Positions 26,126-40,298 are shown, numbered from the whole stretch's first letter. The stretch: 63,844 bases of DNA, filler included, from Dimargaris cristalligena (GCA_003614675.1; 20 parts of 20 records of this genome joined end to end with filler, not necessarily neighbours in it), one strand, 5' to 3'. The notes: a model not told the origin generated them from the letters alone. Made by a program: numbers and translations.

Positions 26126-26929
26126 AGCCAGCAAATTCCCACTCATTTAAGAAAAGAATCATCATTAGTATCATTTTGAGACTCATAACTCTACCACCCC
26201 TTAAGCCCAGTCCCGATTTTTTTTTATCATTTTTGTATCATTTACTACTACCATCTCTATTCATTTTATTTATTCTCAATAAAACCTTCATATCACTCGT
26301 CATATCCTGCCCCCATCCTCTGTCCACTCCACCAACCACTTGCCTCCTCCAAAACCCCACTATGTCAACATCCAATTCTGCCCCAGTCTCCTCCCACTCC
26401 ACAAACCTCCTGTCTTCTGCCACCAGGGAACTGGCCACCGCAACTTCAGGCCATGTTGACAAGGAGGCCGCTGCCTCCTTGCAAATCCCAAAGGCTGTCA
26501 ACAATCAGCTGGACATCCCGGGTAGTACAAATGTAATTAATAAATTACTATTACTTAGTTTCTCACATCCATATATACTGAATACTAACAAGCTCTTGGT
26601 TATAATTTTTGACAACACAGTATAAATCATTGCAATAAACATTATCATATAATTTTCAAAGTATCTCTACTGCTAATTTTGTTGTAATAGCCCCCAATAC
26701 CAAAATCTGGGCATATTCTTAGTATCAAAATGTTCACTCTTAGCCTTATCTACTAAGAAGTCAGTTTCCTTATAAGAAAAATGAATGTAAGAGTGACAAT
26801 GATAAAAGATGTCAACAGCACTAATAACAGGTTTGGTGAACCACATCCCAAACTTATTAGCCCAAAATAAAACCATATGGGTATCCACCCAACCATATCC
26901 CCAAATAACCCACAATTGAAAATCATTAC

Positions 26930-27510
26930 TGTTGGCCCTCCTAATCCAACTTAATCCAGACTTAACAATCATCCACCCTTAGTAGGCCTTATAGTACCAT
27001 ATTAACCCTCCCATAGTCATCCTTGGTACTATGGGATCATCATTTATTTTATAACCCGTCTCCTTCTGGCCCTAATGCTTTGTAAAAAACACTCAACCTG
27101 CTAATCCAAAGACTCTTCCAGTTCCCATGAGAGTCTTCTAGATATGAAGCCTGTCTGGTTAGTCTATTTATCTATACTGTAGTTTAGTAGTATCTCCCCT
27201 TGGGATCTCCCTCTGGAGCTATCCCCACATATATATAACTAGGCCCCATTATGGACTAGTTCAATTCCTTAGCTTATTCTTACCCCCCTTGTTTACCCCA
27301 ATAAACTCTATATACACTCACCCTCTTATACTAACTAGTAAATGTACCTATTACACATCTCTTACATATACCTACACTTATCCTTTATTAGTTAGTACTA
27401 TGGTCCTACCCTATACTAGTAGCCCACTGGGCTGAGTCTAAGCCCTGCCTACTGTTAGAAGCCTATCCTCAGGACTCTTGATGGGCTAAGAGTAGTTAAC
27501 CTAGGCAACA
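26930..27510 (+). repeat. Solo-LTR-like family A, best-preserved termini
   Basis: Inverted termini TGTTG...CAACA, internal TATATATAA and AATAAA, 581 bp. Confidence 0.85.
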
Positions 27511-29048
27511 TAGGTGAATCTGAATAAAAAGTAGTTGTATAATGCTGTATACCAGTAGGAATCAGATGGGTTAGAGCATAAATGATTTATTACATAGTAT
27601 TAATATAGAAAGAAACCTCTCAGAACTATGGGAGGGCGGGGGATATTAGTTTTGAAAAGATCCAATGAGGGCACAGCGTTCCATTCTACTAGTTGTTACA
27701 CTAACCATTTAAATGGCCGGGTGGGCCTTTACAGTATAATGGGTACATGATGCCTGGGGGTGCCATATGCCTGACACACCGGCCCCTTAGTTGTAGTTAT
27801 CCCAAGGCATGTTATTATTGGTCAAGGGTTGTGCCACATTAACCCTAGTAGAATTGCGTCCAGCCGCCGGGTTAGAAGAAATAGTCCCAATGTATTGCCA
27901 AAGTTGCTGGCAGGGGGATGAGGGGTGGGACGAAGAGAATCTTAGTGATGTGGTAGGGCCATTTATTTGCGCGGCCCAAATATCTTTTTAATCTAGACAT
28001 TGGCAGATTAGGGGAAAATGCGAGAATATGGCAACAGATAGTTAGAAAGTAGCCTACATATAATACAATAGGTCCAAAATAATACATCGGAATTTTATTT
28101 GGAAACCTTTTGTTAAAAAATCGGTATAATGAAATGTGGGCTTTATACTCGCATAGAAGCCAAGCGCCACCATTGCATTACCGCATTCTTTGATAAGGCT
28201 GTAAGTGAATTAGAGTGTGTTGGCTTTTGATATATTACTACGACCGACTGTATATCATAGAAATAGTATAAATACCAAAGCTGGTCCATCTAATCTGCAC
28301 ACTAAATATATATACCAAAAAAATAATATCTAAATAATACTTACCTTATCAAAAGCCCATTTGATGGGCTTAATGATTGGCGCCTTTGGGTCAGCAGTAG
28401 GATAATCCCTACTGGGTTGACCCTTCTTCATTGATATGGTTTTAAAGAGTAGCATGATGTCGAAACGGATGGTGATGTCGGATAGTCCATTGGAAACTTT
28501 AGGAAGGAGGAACACCACACTATATAGTTTCTAAAACAAACCACCCGGCCCAGCAAGGAGGGTTTTAAAGCCTTACAACATCACAATAGCCAAAGGAAGA
28601 TTCCCACTGCTAAAACTACAGCAGATATGTCGTATGGGACAATCAAATTATGGCCATTGCCACCAATCTGGGCCCTGTGAATGGCAGGCATTCTACTCCT
28701 AAATGGGCATTGTTGTCCGTAGTTCTGTTTCAGACATTAAATCCTTCTTGCTATTAAAGGAAACATAGTAGCAAGCCTGATAGACTTGGACTATTTCGCA
28801 CATTAAAAAACAGTAATATTATCTATTCACGATTAGGCCTGACAATTGGACCATCCTTCCAATTCAGTCCAAACATGAAGGCCGCAGGCCTGGTGCTATT
28901 AAAAGTGCCAATTTCCTGTACTTATCTATTCCCAGGAGATGTTAGGTCNNNNNNNNNNNNNNNNNNNNNNNNNNNNNNNNNNNNNNNNNNNNTTAATTAA
29001 TTAANNNNNNNNNNNNNNNNNNNNNNNNNNNNNNNNNNNNNNNNNNNN

Positions 29049-29569
29049 TGCAAAAATATGCACACCAATGCATCCCCGATCGCTTGCATGAGTGTGCCGA
29101 TCGTTTACATGCATAGCCCAATTGGGTGCATCAATTGTGCATATCTAATCCAAAAAAAGCCAAGACTTTTGGCCGTATGGCCAAGAATGCCAAGCCATTC
29201 TCAGTATAAGACACAGAATTATTAAAACCAGTAAGCACACAGTGAACCTGCATAACCAATTACAGGAGAAAAGAGAATTCTCAATGTAAAACCAATAAAA
29301 TAAAGGATAGGAATAAAATCAAATAACCACTAATAATCAAGCATGAATGTGCATATCCAATCATAGGGTAAGCATGCATCTACCAATAGAAATATTAATA
29401 AAATTAAAGGGAAAATTCGTGTGGAAGAAAAGGGTTAAAAGGGAAGGGAAAAAAACTGAATATACCAGACAAAAAGGCCACTTCATACCTTGCATATAAA
29501 TATAATAAGTAAATAAAAATCGTGCATACCTGTGGCAATTTAAGGGGACACTTCACCTTGCCACAGCGG
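29049..29569. repeat. Non-coding element end (family D) abutting the copia sequence
   Basis: The last ~90 bp match the contig-4 ends. It ends in a hairpin plus GCGG exactly where copia coding similarity begins. Confidence 0.55.
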
Positions 29570-32088
29570 TTGCTGGTGTTGGATCAATTGTAATTGATGT
29601 TAAAGACAAAACCGGTGTCTATCATTGTATTTGGCTACACAACATCTGTCACTATCCCCAACTGGGGTATAACTTGATGTCTGTGCCTACAAGTGTCACC
29701 CATAGTGTTGAGTTTCATTTCTCTAATGACTACTGCCGCATCTCAAAGGGTGAACTGGTGATCATGGAAGTAAAGAAAGAAGGTAGTACATACACCCTTC
29801 TGGCTCAAAACCCCATCACAAACAAGGCCCTACAGGCATCCAAGTCATCCGAGTCATGTGAAAAACTGTCTCTTTGTGATATCCATGAGAATCTCAGCCA
29901 TGTTAATGCTGGCACACTCCGTCAGGCTATTAAATTAGGCATAGTTAACAAAGTGGATACAACATCAATTAGTGGTGAGTTAGTATGTAGAATATGTACT
30001 GCTAACAAACTATCCTGGCAGCCTCTAAAGGGGGAAATGAAACCAGTATCTGATATCCTGGATGTGGTCCACAGTGACATTGTTGGGCCCATGCAAACCA
30101 CAACTATTGGAAAGGAGTGGTACTTTGTATCATTCATTGATTAGGCCAGCCAATTTGCCCGAGTTTACCTACTTTGTGAAAAAGGCCAAGTAATTGAAGC
30201 CACCAAACAGTACCTGGAATTAGTTGAAAAACAAATGGGAAAATGTGTTAAAGGAATCCATTCTGACAATGGTGGCAAATACACAGCAGCGGCCTTCCAA
30301 AAGCTGTTAGCTGACAAAGGCATTGTACACACTACAAGTACACCTCGGACCCTGGAACAAAATGGCATTGCCAAATGCTTCAACCAAACAATTGTCAGTA
30401 CTGCACGCTGCATGCTTGATGATACTGGGACCAATCTGACACTCTAGGGTTTCACTGTCCTACTGGCAACCAAAATCTGGAATTGTATGCCAAACAAGGG
30501 TCTTGAAAATGATACAGCCCACTTCCATTGGTATGGACACTATGCAAGCTTGGATCATTTTAAAAAATTTGGTTCAAAGGCCTTTGTTCTGGTACCTAAA
30601 GAAAACTGGCAAAAACTCAATAGTGTAGCAAAACTGTTAGTCTACATTGGGCCAACTGGAGCTGATTGTGTTGACCAATTCTATAATCCCGAATCTGGTA
30701 AAACCATTCAAAGTCGTGAGGCAAAGTTCTTGGAAAAAGGGGAACTCCAGCCAATTGTTAAAAAACTCCAGCAAGGAATCATAATTCCATCCTCCGCAAC
30801 TGATGATGTGTTGGTTCCTTCCGACCAAGTTGATAGCCCAATTCCAGCTATTACCAAAGTTCACTCTCCCTCTACCGGGTTGATGGAGAGTAACACAGAT
30901 GAATCAGGTCAATTAGACAATAATAGTGATGACCACAATTCCACTAATATGTCTCTCAATAAACAACCCTATTGCAAGGCCGCCATAAGTGCTCAATCAG
31001 GTATATGGGAATCATTATACCCAGCCGATAGCTATCATAAATTGTGAGTTCCACCCAATAATGATATGGCCTTATATACATCTGATGGACCTGCAACCTA
31101 TAATGCGGCCGTGAAAGATGTTTATAAACACATTTGGGAAAAGGCTATTAGTGAAGAACTATCATCCATGACTGCAAATAATATCTGGACCTTAGTACCA
31201 CAACCTAACAATAAAAAGGTCATTCCCTGCCACTGGGTATTTGTAAAAAAGCACTTACCTGATGGGTCAATCAATCATTTCAAAGGCTGACTCGCAGTCA
31301 AAGGATTCCATCAACAAGAAGGAATTGATTATCACAGAACATATGTGCCAGTTGTTCGATATACAACTATTCAGTTGGTACTTGCCATTGCTGCCCTATA
31401 CAATATGGTTGTCCATCAAATGGATGTAAAAACAGCATTCTTAAACAGTGATCTTGATGAAGAAATTTTCATAGAGCCACCAGAAGGTCTTGACCTCCCA
31501 AACTGTGACCATATTTGCCACCTAAATTGAAGCCTATATGGTTTGAAACAATCACCGTGGATGTGGAATATCCGATTTGATGTGTTTATGAAAGAAGAAG
31601 GGTATAAATGTCATGAATTAGATCAGGGTGTGTATATTACAACTCTACCATCCGGTAATTGGGTCATTGTGACAGTATGTTGATGACTTGTTGATCATTG
31701 CTAATGATCTTGCAGACATTAATCACATGAAGAATGAATTAAACAAAACATTCAACATGATGGACTAAGGGGAACTTACCTACATCTTAGGTATCAAAGT
31801 TCATCAGCAATCTGGTCCAGGTGGTAAAACAATAGTCCTAAACCAGGCAAAATACACTATAGATGTCCTTGAGAAATTCGGCATGAGTAAGTATAACCCC
31901 GCTGCAACTCCAATGGATCCAGGATTTCAACTGAAACCTCTTGACATCAATGTTCCACCTATGACCACACCTTATGAAAACTTGATGGGTAGTTTGATGT
32001 ATCTTGCCAATTTGACTCGACCAGACATTGCATTTGCTGTTAATTGATTAAGTGCATATAATGCTAGGCCGTCCGACAAGTACTGGCA
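29570..32088 (+). mobile_element. Ty1/copia LTR retrotransposon pol fragment, pseudogenised (protease tail, GAG-pre-integrase, integrase, RT)
   Basis: NLMSV; IHENLSHVN..CRIC; LDVVHSDIVGPM..YFVSFID; IHSDNGGKY; QNGIA; NNIWTLV; QMDVKTAFLN; SLYGLKQSP; TRPDIAFAV. Multiple stops and a frameshift at the YVDD motif (~31678). Integrase precedes RT. Confidence 0.97.
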
Positions 32089-32519
32089 GGTGTGGTGAAC
32101 TTACCACATTTTTTACCTACTTTTATTTTTAATCCATTTTTTGCACNNNNNNNNNNNNNNNNNNNNNNNNNNNNNNNNNNNNNNNNNNNNTTAATTAATT
32201 AANNNNNNNNNNNNNNNNNNNNNNNNNNNNNNNNNNNNNNNNNNNNGGGGGGGGGGGGGGGGGTTTCGGCAGAAGCCCTCTTATTCATTGCTCAACATCT
32301 ATGATAAACTAAGGTGCTTTTATAGTTAATTCAGTTGATGCACATGCAGAGTTGCTCACTACATAAGGAGAGCGGTGGGGGCTCATAGTTCAAGGTTGTG
32401 TGCCTGCCAGTCGAAAGGATCCGATTTTCTAGAGGAGGATCTTCCCATGCTTCTACTAGGGGGTGGTCAGTAGGGCATTCCCATTAAACAGGCCCAAATC
32501 AACCAAGGCCATCTCCAGT

Positions 32520-33123
32520 CTAGACTGACGCGACCATGTATAGAATGGTGGACCACGCAATCAATCCCGACGCTGAGATAAAGGCCACGTAATTACCTCC
32601 GGTCCGGTAATAGTCCAATTCGTAGAATTTGGTAGGTGACCGATATTTACGGACGATACCCGCCATTGAAATAACCAGGCTGTAGACCAAAAAGACCAAC
32701 CCGAGTTTGTACAGGTCGTTGCTAAAGACTTTGAAAATCACCAGGCCGGCGGTTAAACAGCCCACCGCTGTGCGCCAAATGGATCCGTCGAGGGTGCGTT
32801 GCTGAGCTGGATGTCGCCATGGGGGGCACAGTCAACAGGAAATAAGAGAGAGTATGCCGCACATGGGTGCACAGGTAACCGGCAGAAGGATAGCAGCAAC
32901 CCCGGTTAGCCCAAGCGAGCAAAATAGATGGTCAGATAAAGGAGGATAAAATAAAACAACCCTCCTCAGTGAACGAAGGTGCGCATTCGCCCCGTTTGTA
33001 AGACCCGGTCAGGGTGCATACACGAATTACTAAGAAAGCCCACTTACCCCGAATATCCAAGCGCTGGTTGTCGGTGAGTGTCTCATCGGAGCACCGACGG
33101 GGTTGTTCGGATACCACGACCAT
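32520..33123 (-). CDS. DUF202-family small membrane protein, 120 aa; exons 33123-33048 and 32806-32520
   Basis: A GT-AG splice rebuilds DIRAQQRTLDGSIWRTAVGCLTAGLVIFKVF, resembling the fungal DUF202 RAxQRTFxGAYWRTA motif. Three TM segments. Confidence 0.75.
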
Positions 33124-33785
33124 GGTCAAGGAAGGGTTAGTCGCTTTGAGTCGGGCGTGGAGGGTAGAATTCAAGATTATTGGAATTGGGATGGGTTAAG
33201 AACCCTTGCCGGAGAGATGGGCCTTGAAATGCAACAATGTTGGAAGCGGTCAGTCGTCAATTGAAAAAGGCATAGGGGTTAATGAGTTGGAAAAAAATGG
33301 CAAACGTAAATGGGGTTTTTGGGAGCTCAGGGCCCAGAGCACAGTAATCATTGCGACCCTACACTATATTGCCCCTGCCAACTATAAGCTCCGTTTAACC
33401 CTCTAACCCTTATTAGTGAGTGGACGACTACCGTTTATGGGTGTTTACAGCATAACGCGGAAGGTCTAGACGAACCGCTTGCTAATTACTCTTGACCTCC
33501 ATTCCACTTATAACGTTTATTTTTTATTACCTTCTCCATTGATATTTACAGTATTTGCCCAAGCCTCGTCCTTCCAACGCGGCAAACAAGTTATTCCGTT
33601 TGATTCCAGGTCTGATTGCTTGGTGTTTCACCTAGTCCCGCCGGATTCGTTCCACTCCGCAAAGCCCATTCACTTTCCTTTAAAACCGACTCTAGTTTAC
33701 CAGTATTTCGTGACAGCCACTCCCTCCCCGATACATCTGAAACCAAACCACTTTAGATACATAGTAACGGGTGTTCTAACCTCTC

Positions 33786-35164
33786 ATGTCGGCCGAGAAT
33801 GAGAGTTCGCCTTCCATTATTCGCCACGGCGTAGTCCATCATACCGCTCGCTTACCCCGCCTGACTGCCCTGGAAAATCGAGGTACCTATCTACCAGCGT
33901 CTCCCTATTCCTAAACGTATTTACCAGTAAAGCTACCACGTAGGGGATATATTCTTCAAGCCGTGTACTATTGTTCTGGTCCCTGGGGCGCTTAGTCAAC
34001 CGCGGGACACAGTATTCACTCACCCTGCTTAATTATTTTCCTCTTTGGTTCTCATAGTGTCTGATCTCCGAGCCGAGAAGTTAAGGCTGGCCCAGCAGCT
34101 GGCCCAAGAAACGGGTGCGGTGAAATTGTCCCAAATCATTGATGGTTTATTTGACGATTCTAGCCGGGACAGTACTCAAACGAAGGTAAGGCTTGCCTCA
34201 TGCATTGCCAACTGAATGCTACCTACCTCTCCTCCCTTCTGGTGCTATGGGGCATAGTGTCCGGCCATTATATTGAGCTCCTCGCTATTCCACTATTAAT
34301 TTCATGGTAGTAATATAATGCCCCGAGTTTACACCATTTTTCAAACAAACCCCATCCCTGGCGTAATTACTAAAATCTGTCTGGGGGAAAGTCACATCCT
34401 GACTACAATAACGAGTGCCGTAATCACTTCTACCAGGATATCGTCACCGGGTACCAGCTGATGGGCCGCTCAGTGTTTACAGTCAACGACCAATCGATTG
34501 GAGTCCGCCTCGAAACCTTCTACAAAGGTAACTTCCCCATCGGCCATTTCTTGTTTTGGTCATTTAGGAGCAGGTGTCGTTCGATTACCCCAATCTCATT
34601 TGAACCATATTTCGTTGTTGTTATTAACCCATGTTCGCTCTTCCCACCCATCACCGTTGCCTAGGGTCATACTTTGAGCCATACTTCCTTTTCCTTCGCC
34701 GTTCGACCGATTCCTCGTCCCCATTGGCCCTGTTTCAGCATACCTTGCCCCCCATCGTTCCCATGGATAGTCTCCACCCGCTGCTTAACAAAGACATACA
34801 TGTAAGGAAGATGAGCGCCAGCGGGAAGTATTCAATAATTCTATTCCCTCCCACCACATTGTCTCACATGGATCCCCAGCAACATAAGGGGGCATTATAG
34901 TACAACTTTAGGAATTGTCCAGTAAAACTGCATTGGCTCCCCCCATACCAACACCTGTTTTTCATCATCTATGGTTAAACTATTTTTAAATCAACTGACT
35001 GCTTTATTCATTTAGGTTTTCCTCGATCATATAGATGCAATTATTCAGGCATTTGTCGCCCGGCGCGAGCAGGTGAATGCCGCTGCTCGGTCCACCGGTA
35101 TTATATCGGTGGATTCAAATCCCGGCTTCACCCACACTAAGTTCATCGTCCAATCGAACTACGA
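33786..35164 (+). CDS. CENPO: Kinetochore protein CENP-O/Mcm21/Mal2, 3' partial; exons 33786-33882, 34058-34185, 34437-34527, 34665-34801, 35016-35164
   Basis: Phase-consistent GT-AG introns give GVRLETFYKGSYFEPYFLFL...HTLPPIVPM..L..DIHVFLDHI...AFVARREQ, typical of CENP-O. Confidence 0.85.
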
Positions 35165-36793
35165 GTAAGTCATGCCACCTGGCCGAATAACACCAATCTC
35201 CGCATTTCCGATATCTGTGTACTACCCCCTCCCCCGCTAGCCTTTCTATCGACCTCATCCACGGCTACTAAAATTATGTGGAGGTGAATCGTTCAACTCA
35301 CCCCCCCCCCCCCCCGCCACATTCACACTACTTCCCCATCCATNNNNNNNNNNNNNNNNNNNNNNNNNNNNNNNNNNNNNNNNNNNNTTAATTAATTAAN
35401 NNNNNNNNNNNNNNNNNNNNNNNNNNNNNNNNNNNNNNNNNNNTTTCCCTGCAACCCAACCGGACCAGTAAAGGCATATAAAAAAGCACCACCACAATAC
35501 GCCCGAGCAAGCCCTTGATGGTATCAAACCTACCCGTCACTGGTAGCACTGCGGGGGTCGCCAACTGGACAGTGGTGGTGTAAGATACCAATGACAACCG
35601 CAGCGCACGAATAAGCCTTTTTAAGAGGGCCACTTCACCCGAGGCCTTCGCCTTCATCCCCCGAAGCGGCCCTCAGCCCGAACAAAGATGTTGCTGATGG
35701 GCCAGAGCCCTCCTGACGATGACAGTTCGCGGGGCGATATCATTAGACCTGCTTCATGTGGACCACGGCCATTGGCAGCCCTGGCAGCAGGGATTGGCAC
35801 GGCCCACCTGGCACTGGGCGGCATCCCTGGGCCCTTCAGCCAGTGCCAGTGGCCGATGCGGCCAGGCTGGGCTGGGAATGGGGAAGAGGCCAGCAACGGC
35901 TGCGAGTGGCCAGCCCCACAGGGCAGCGGAGACGAACGGATCGCCGCACGCTGTATGCGCATAGAGCGGGGAGAGGATCGCCTGGCCAAGGGGGAGGGTA
36001 TTTAAAGCCAGACCAACGCCTGCCGCGCATCCCTCGCTCCCCTTTCCCCGTATTTTGCTTACTTGCCACTGCTGTTCTGCGTTGAATTGTGTGGTTGTTC
36101 TGTCCTTTCCCGCCCGAGTCTGCAGCCGAATTCCTCTCTCGCTCCCCCAAAACTCCGTTACTGGTCATTTATCTCCGCTCGACCCAGCGTTCCGCTCGTC
36201 CACCGGCCCGTCACCGCTTCCCTCTCCGACTGATTACGGTAGATTAATCCGCTGTGCCGCTTGCCATCCCCTGCTCCGGCCCCCTTCCTCTCCCCTTGGC
36301 GACGCTCCCCCTACCCTGGTTGGTTGTGTGTCTATCCCGCCGCGTGTGTTCCCCCCCTCTTCCCCTCGGCCGCCTCAAGTGCTGAGTTTACTGCCATCTG
36401 TTGCTATTACACCGGCCCATTGCTGCCAGTCCCAAATAATACCCCGCGCTTCTCGCTGACGAGTGCCGTTATAATCCTGCTTCATCGCCATTATACTAGT
36501 ATATTGTTCGTCTGGGCCCAGAACTCGCTGTCTCTCCCCCCCTCTCTCTCTCTCTTACTTCGGTTCCTTTCCTTCACTTTATTCCTCGCCTTCCTCTTTC
36601 CCTTCGCCGTCTCTTTCCCCACTCTTTTCCTTGCGCCCCGTTTATATATTTATAATAATATTCTTCCTGCTTATTACGTCTCTTCCACACGCCCCCTTCT
36701 TTTCTAGTCCGTTCGCTCTACTGTGTCAATTGCCTATTTCTAATTGCCCCGCTTGTACCGACACTATTGTCCTCTGCCTCCCTCCACTCTATT

Positions 36794-36796
<3 letters not shown>

Positions 36797-36828
<32 letters not shown>
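36797..36828. repeat. (CT)n microsatellite; another at 38122-38148
   Basis: Read directly from the sequence. Confidence 0.9.
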
Positions 36829-36832
<4 letters not shown>

Positions 36833-38121
36833 CCCTCCTCTCTCTTTCTGGCTTCTCTTCTACTCTCGTCGAATACCGCACCCCTCCTCTATTTCGTCCA
36901 ACCCACTAATAGCGCAGTCCCCTCCTTCTATCTCATTCCAGCCACCGCAACCCCTTGGCGAGTCTCCTATATATCCAGCGCACCCTTCCCGTCTTGGCGT
37001 TCCCTCCACCGTAAGTTTACGTATACTTCCCTTCCGAATCCTATTTTCCCGTTTACCCTTCCATTCTGCTGTCTTCCTGAGTACCTCCTTACTATGCGGG
37101 GCAGTGGGTTCCGCAGTGCTGTGGGCTACACGGACGGCCCACATTAATTGGACCTTGTTGACCTGGCTGTGCCGGCCCGTTCCGGAGTCCGGTCCGCGCC
37201 CCCAACCCGGCCGGTGTCCGCGGCCCTTTCCACCGCCTATTGTGCGGTGCCAGAGGCCTGCGGGGGGAATTATTATGACTTGGCCGGTGGCCCCAAGGCG
37301 TGTGTGTTGTGGTGATGGTCGGTGGTGGGCCAGGGGCCTGTTCAGTGGTGTTTAGTATTCCAGGCTGTGCCAGGCGGCTGTGGCCGTGTGTATGTGCGGG
37401 TGTGTATGGGCGAGAGGGTGTGGGTGTGTGGATGTGGATAGATGGGCCAGCAGTGTAGATGAAGGGGGTGGTAGGGGGTGTTCATCAATTAGACTCCGCC
37501 GATTACCACCGTACCACCCGCCTAGCTGGCCCTAGCGGAGGGGAGGGGGCGGGCGGGCAGTGGGCCGTTGCGTGCCTGGAATGTATCCGTCACCCTGCCT
37601 CGCTTGATCGAGGGTCCCGTTGCAGGAAGCCGGCGCTGGGCCTCGCCAGACTTGTAGCGCGGGGCTCGCCGGTTGCCGGGTGGCCATGGGGATTTTCCGA
37701 CTGGCCTTGGGGTTGGCAACTGCTAGTCGACTCCAGCGATCCAGGATGGCTGGCAAGTATCACTACTCCCTTTTTTGCGACTTCTCCACCCCCCGGCCAG
37801 CGGCTACCAAACTGCTGGGCCCTGCCCAAGAGTCTTGGACCAGCCCCCCTCCCGTATTCCTGACTGCCGCCCCCACCGCCTGGTCTACATCCAAACATCA
37901 GCGGTGCGTCATTTTGGGTGGTGGTATAAAGTCTTGGCTTGGCTGGCTTATCCAGCCATTTGCTGGTCTCCACGTCCCCCCTGCTGTCACATTGGCCACT
38001 CCAGCCCCCGCCATTGTCGCACCGTGTGTCACCTGGGCCCTGTCGGCCCATTGTGCTCACGCTAGGCTAGACTTGGTGGGTGCCGCCTTTACCATCACTC
38101 CCCCTGGCTCTGGCTCTGCTA

Positions 38122-38152
<31 letters not shown>

Positions 38153-38713
38153 ATTTACCCACTGCCAGATTACGACCCCCGGTTGTTAATATTTAGATGC
38201 TAATTGGTGCCTAAAATAGCCTAGTGACCATTAGTAGATTCTAGAAAGTTAAGGCTTAACCCAGCAAGCGGTCACCAGCAACCCCGCCATAACACTAACT
38301 CCGAACCCCATTTTACCTTTGTACACTTCACACTACCCGAACTGAATAATTTGATAGGTTGTCGCCCTTCACAAGCTTATTATTATCCGGCCTCTCCCGC
38401 CCACTTCTCCCCCCTCCCTCCGCTTGAAACCATACTGCCGTTTGGCGCCAGTGATCTGCGGATTGGCTAATATCTCCTCTACGATTGCCGGTTCTCCCCC
38501 CATCCCCTCTTTATTGCGTCCAGCTAGCTACACTACCGANNNNNNNNNNNNNNNNNNNNNNNNNNNNNNNNNNNNNNNNNNNNTTAATTAATTAANNNNN
38601 NNNNNNNNNNNNNNNNNNNNNNNNNNNNNNNNNNNNNNNTTGTGACTGTTCTTGTACGTAGGTAGACTAAAACTATGCCTACACACTCCATTCCGCACCT
38701 CTACTCTCGCCCA

Positions 38714-39112
38714 ATGGAAACCTGTCATTTTTCCTCCTTGCCCCGCCGCTTACTGACCGCCTTCCTATGTTGCCTAGTCCTCTTTTTTCTTCTCTTGCAT
38801 GTGGCCACTCTGACCCTACAAGAAATTCACAACGTCGCTGAGGCCCATGACTCCTTACGCCTGCAACGGCGAAACCCCGAGTCCTTCAGTGCCATTGGTA
38901 AAGTCGAGGTTGCGGTTCGGCATACGGCTGGTCGGAATACCGATAGCACCGCACCTCTCGGCGTCTCCCCCGGTCCCAGAACCAAGCCGGTCCTAAGGAC
39001 AACTACACCACTAAAGGGCCCCCCCGGCTTACTCAAGCCACCCACCGCCCGCATTTTCGAGGTGGTCGAAATCCCCGAAGTTGCTATGAAATCTCGGCAC
39101 CTCGTAGTTTAA
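38714..39112 (+). CDS. Putative secreted or signal-anchored low-complexity protein with a Kex2-like site
   Basis: RRLLTAFLCCLVLFFLLLHVA hydrophobic leader, then LRLQRR|NPE. An alternative ATG is at 38675. Confidence 0.5.
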   Translation: METCHFSSLPRRLLTAFLCCLVLFFLLLHVATLTLQEIHNVAEAHDSLRLQRRNPESFSAIGKVEVAVRHTAGRNTDSTAPLGVSPGPRTKPVLRTTTPLKGPPGLLKPPTARIFEVVEIPEVAMKSRHLVV

Positions 39113-40084
39113 AGTGGGTAGTACATTTACAGAGAAACCGATCTATGGGAACTCCACCAAATACCACTTACAACGGATAAGTAAACGAGAATTATCCACT
39201 TCTGTTAAATCCCCCTCCCCCTCCCGACCACACTTGCTTCATTCATTGACACCATTTTAGCGAGTGGTTGTTCTTTGACTAGGACACCGCGGCTAACCAA
39301 TGGCGAGTCCATTGACATTGAAAAATATTTCTATAGTATGCATTACTTATTAGTTAGATAGCACTATCATCATTATCAATAAATTTACACTCAATTATTA
39401 CGCGCAAGACGGATTCGGCCTTCACTTTCACTTATAATAAAGATATACTCGATTTCCAGGAAATTGTAGCGGGAAAATTTCGGAGTAACCCGCCTTTTAG
39501 ATTGAGGGAGGGGGGATCCACGGTACTCGAATTTCTCTGATACAAATAATTTCGCAGGAAAATAAAAGTAGGATAGTGCAATTATTCGCCTGGCAGACCA
39601 GTTTCAAAGAATTTGTCATATAGGAAGCAGCCATTTATACGTAATATTAAAAGATACTCGGGTTCAACTTGGTATGCGCATTGCTACTCTTCATCCACCC
39701 TAAACTGGTTTAAAATGACGCTAGCCCGAAGATTCGAGCGAATTATTAAATAAGCCGATATGTATGACCGTGCGGCAAGAAATGCCCGGCATCTTATTAC
39801 TAATAAAATAATTGATGCCACATGAATATAATATATAAGATGTAATTTATTGGGATATTATCGTACTATAACGGATTGGATAGAATAGCTATCCAGCCAT
39901 TAGATATAATGTGAGGAAGGTCACATTTAGGACGGGAGGAGGAAGCTGACACGGCGGTCTGAGATTATTTAGCGGGTGGTGTTATAGAGAGTGTGGGAGG
40001 TGCGGGCAGGAGATGCTGGCGGGATGGGTAGGGTCGGGTGGGGTGGGTTGGGCTCCATCTCGAGGATTTGGAGGAATCCTTAAG

Positions 40085-40298
40085 AAAATAATTCGTTTTA
40101 AAAAACTTATTATGCTAATAGAGGGGAAAGAAAAAATTTTCCGTAAAAATATTACTTTCCCCAAAGTAGAAAGGAAAAATTTTCTTGCGAAAATTTGTTT
40201 CTCTATCTTTCTCCTTCTTTTATTACTTCCTACCAGCGGACCCTATTAGTTTATTCATTTTTTACGTTCAAAATTTATTCCTGCCGTGTTTCTTTATA
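40085..40298 (+). repeat. Dispersed repeat family E, CpG-retaining copy
   Basis: Colinear with 17681-17893. Confidence 0.8.

Noticed and set aside
35444-38539. Many overlapping GC-rich ORFs of 80-200 aa
   Set aside because: No domain motifs or consistent codon bias. The pyrimidine tracts and microsatellites look like promoter or long UTR sequence.
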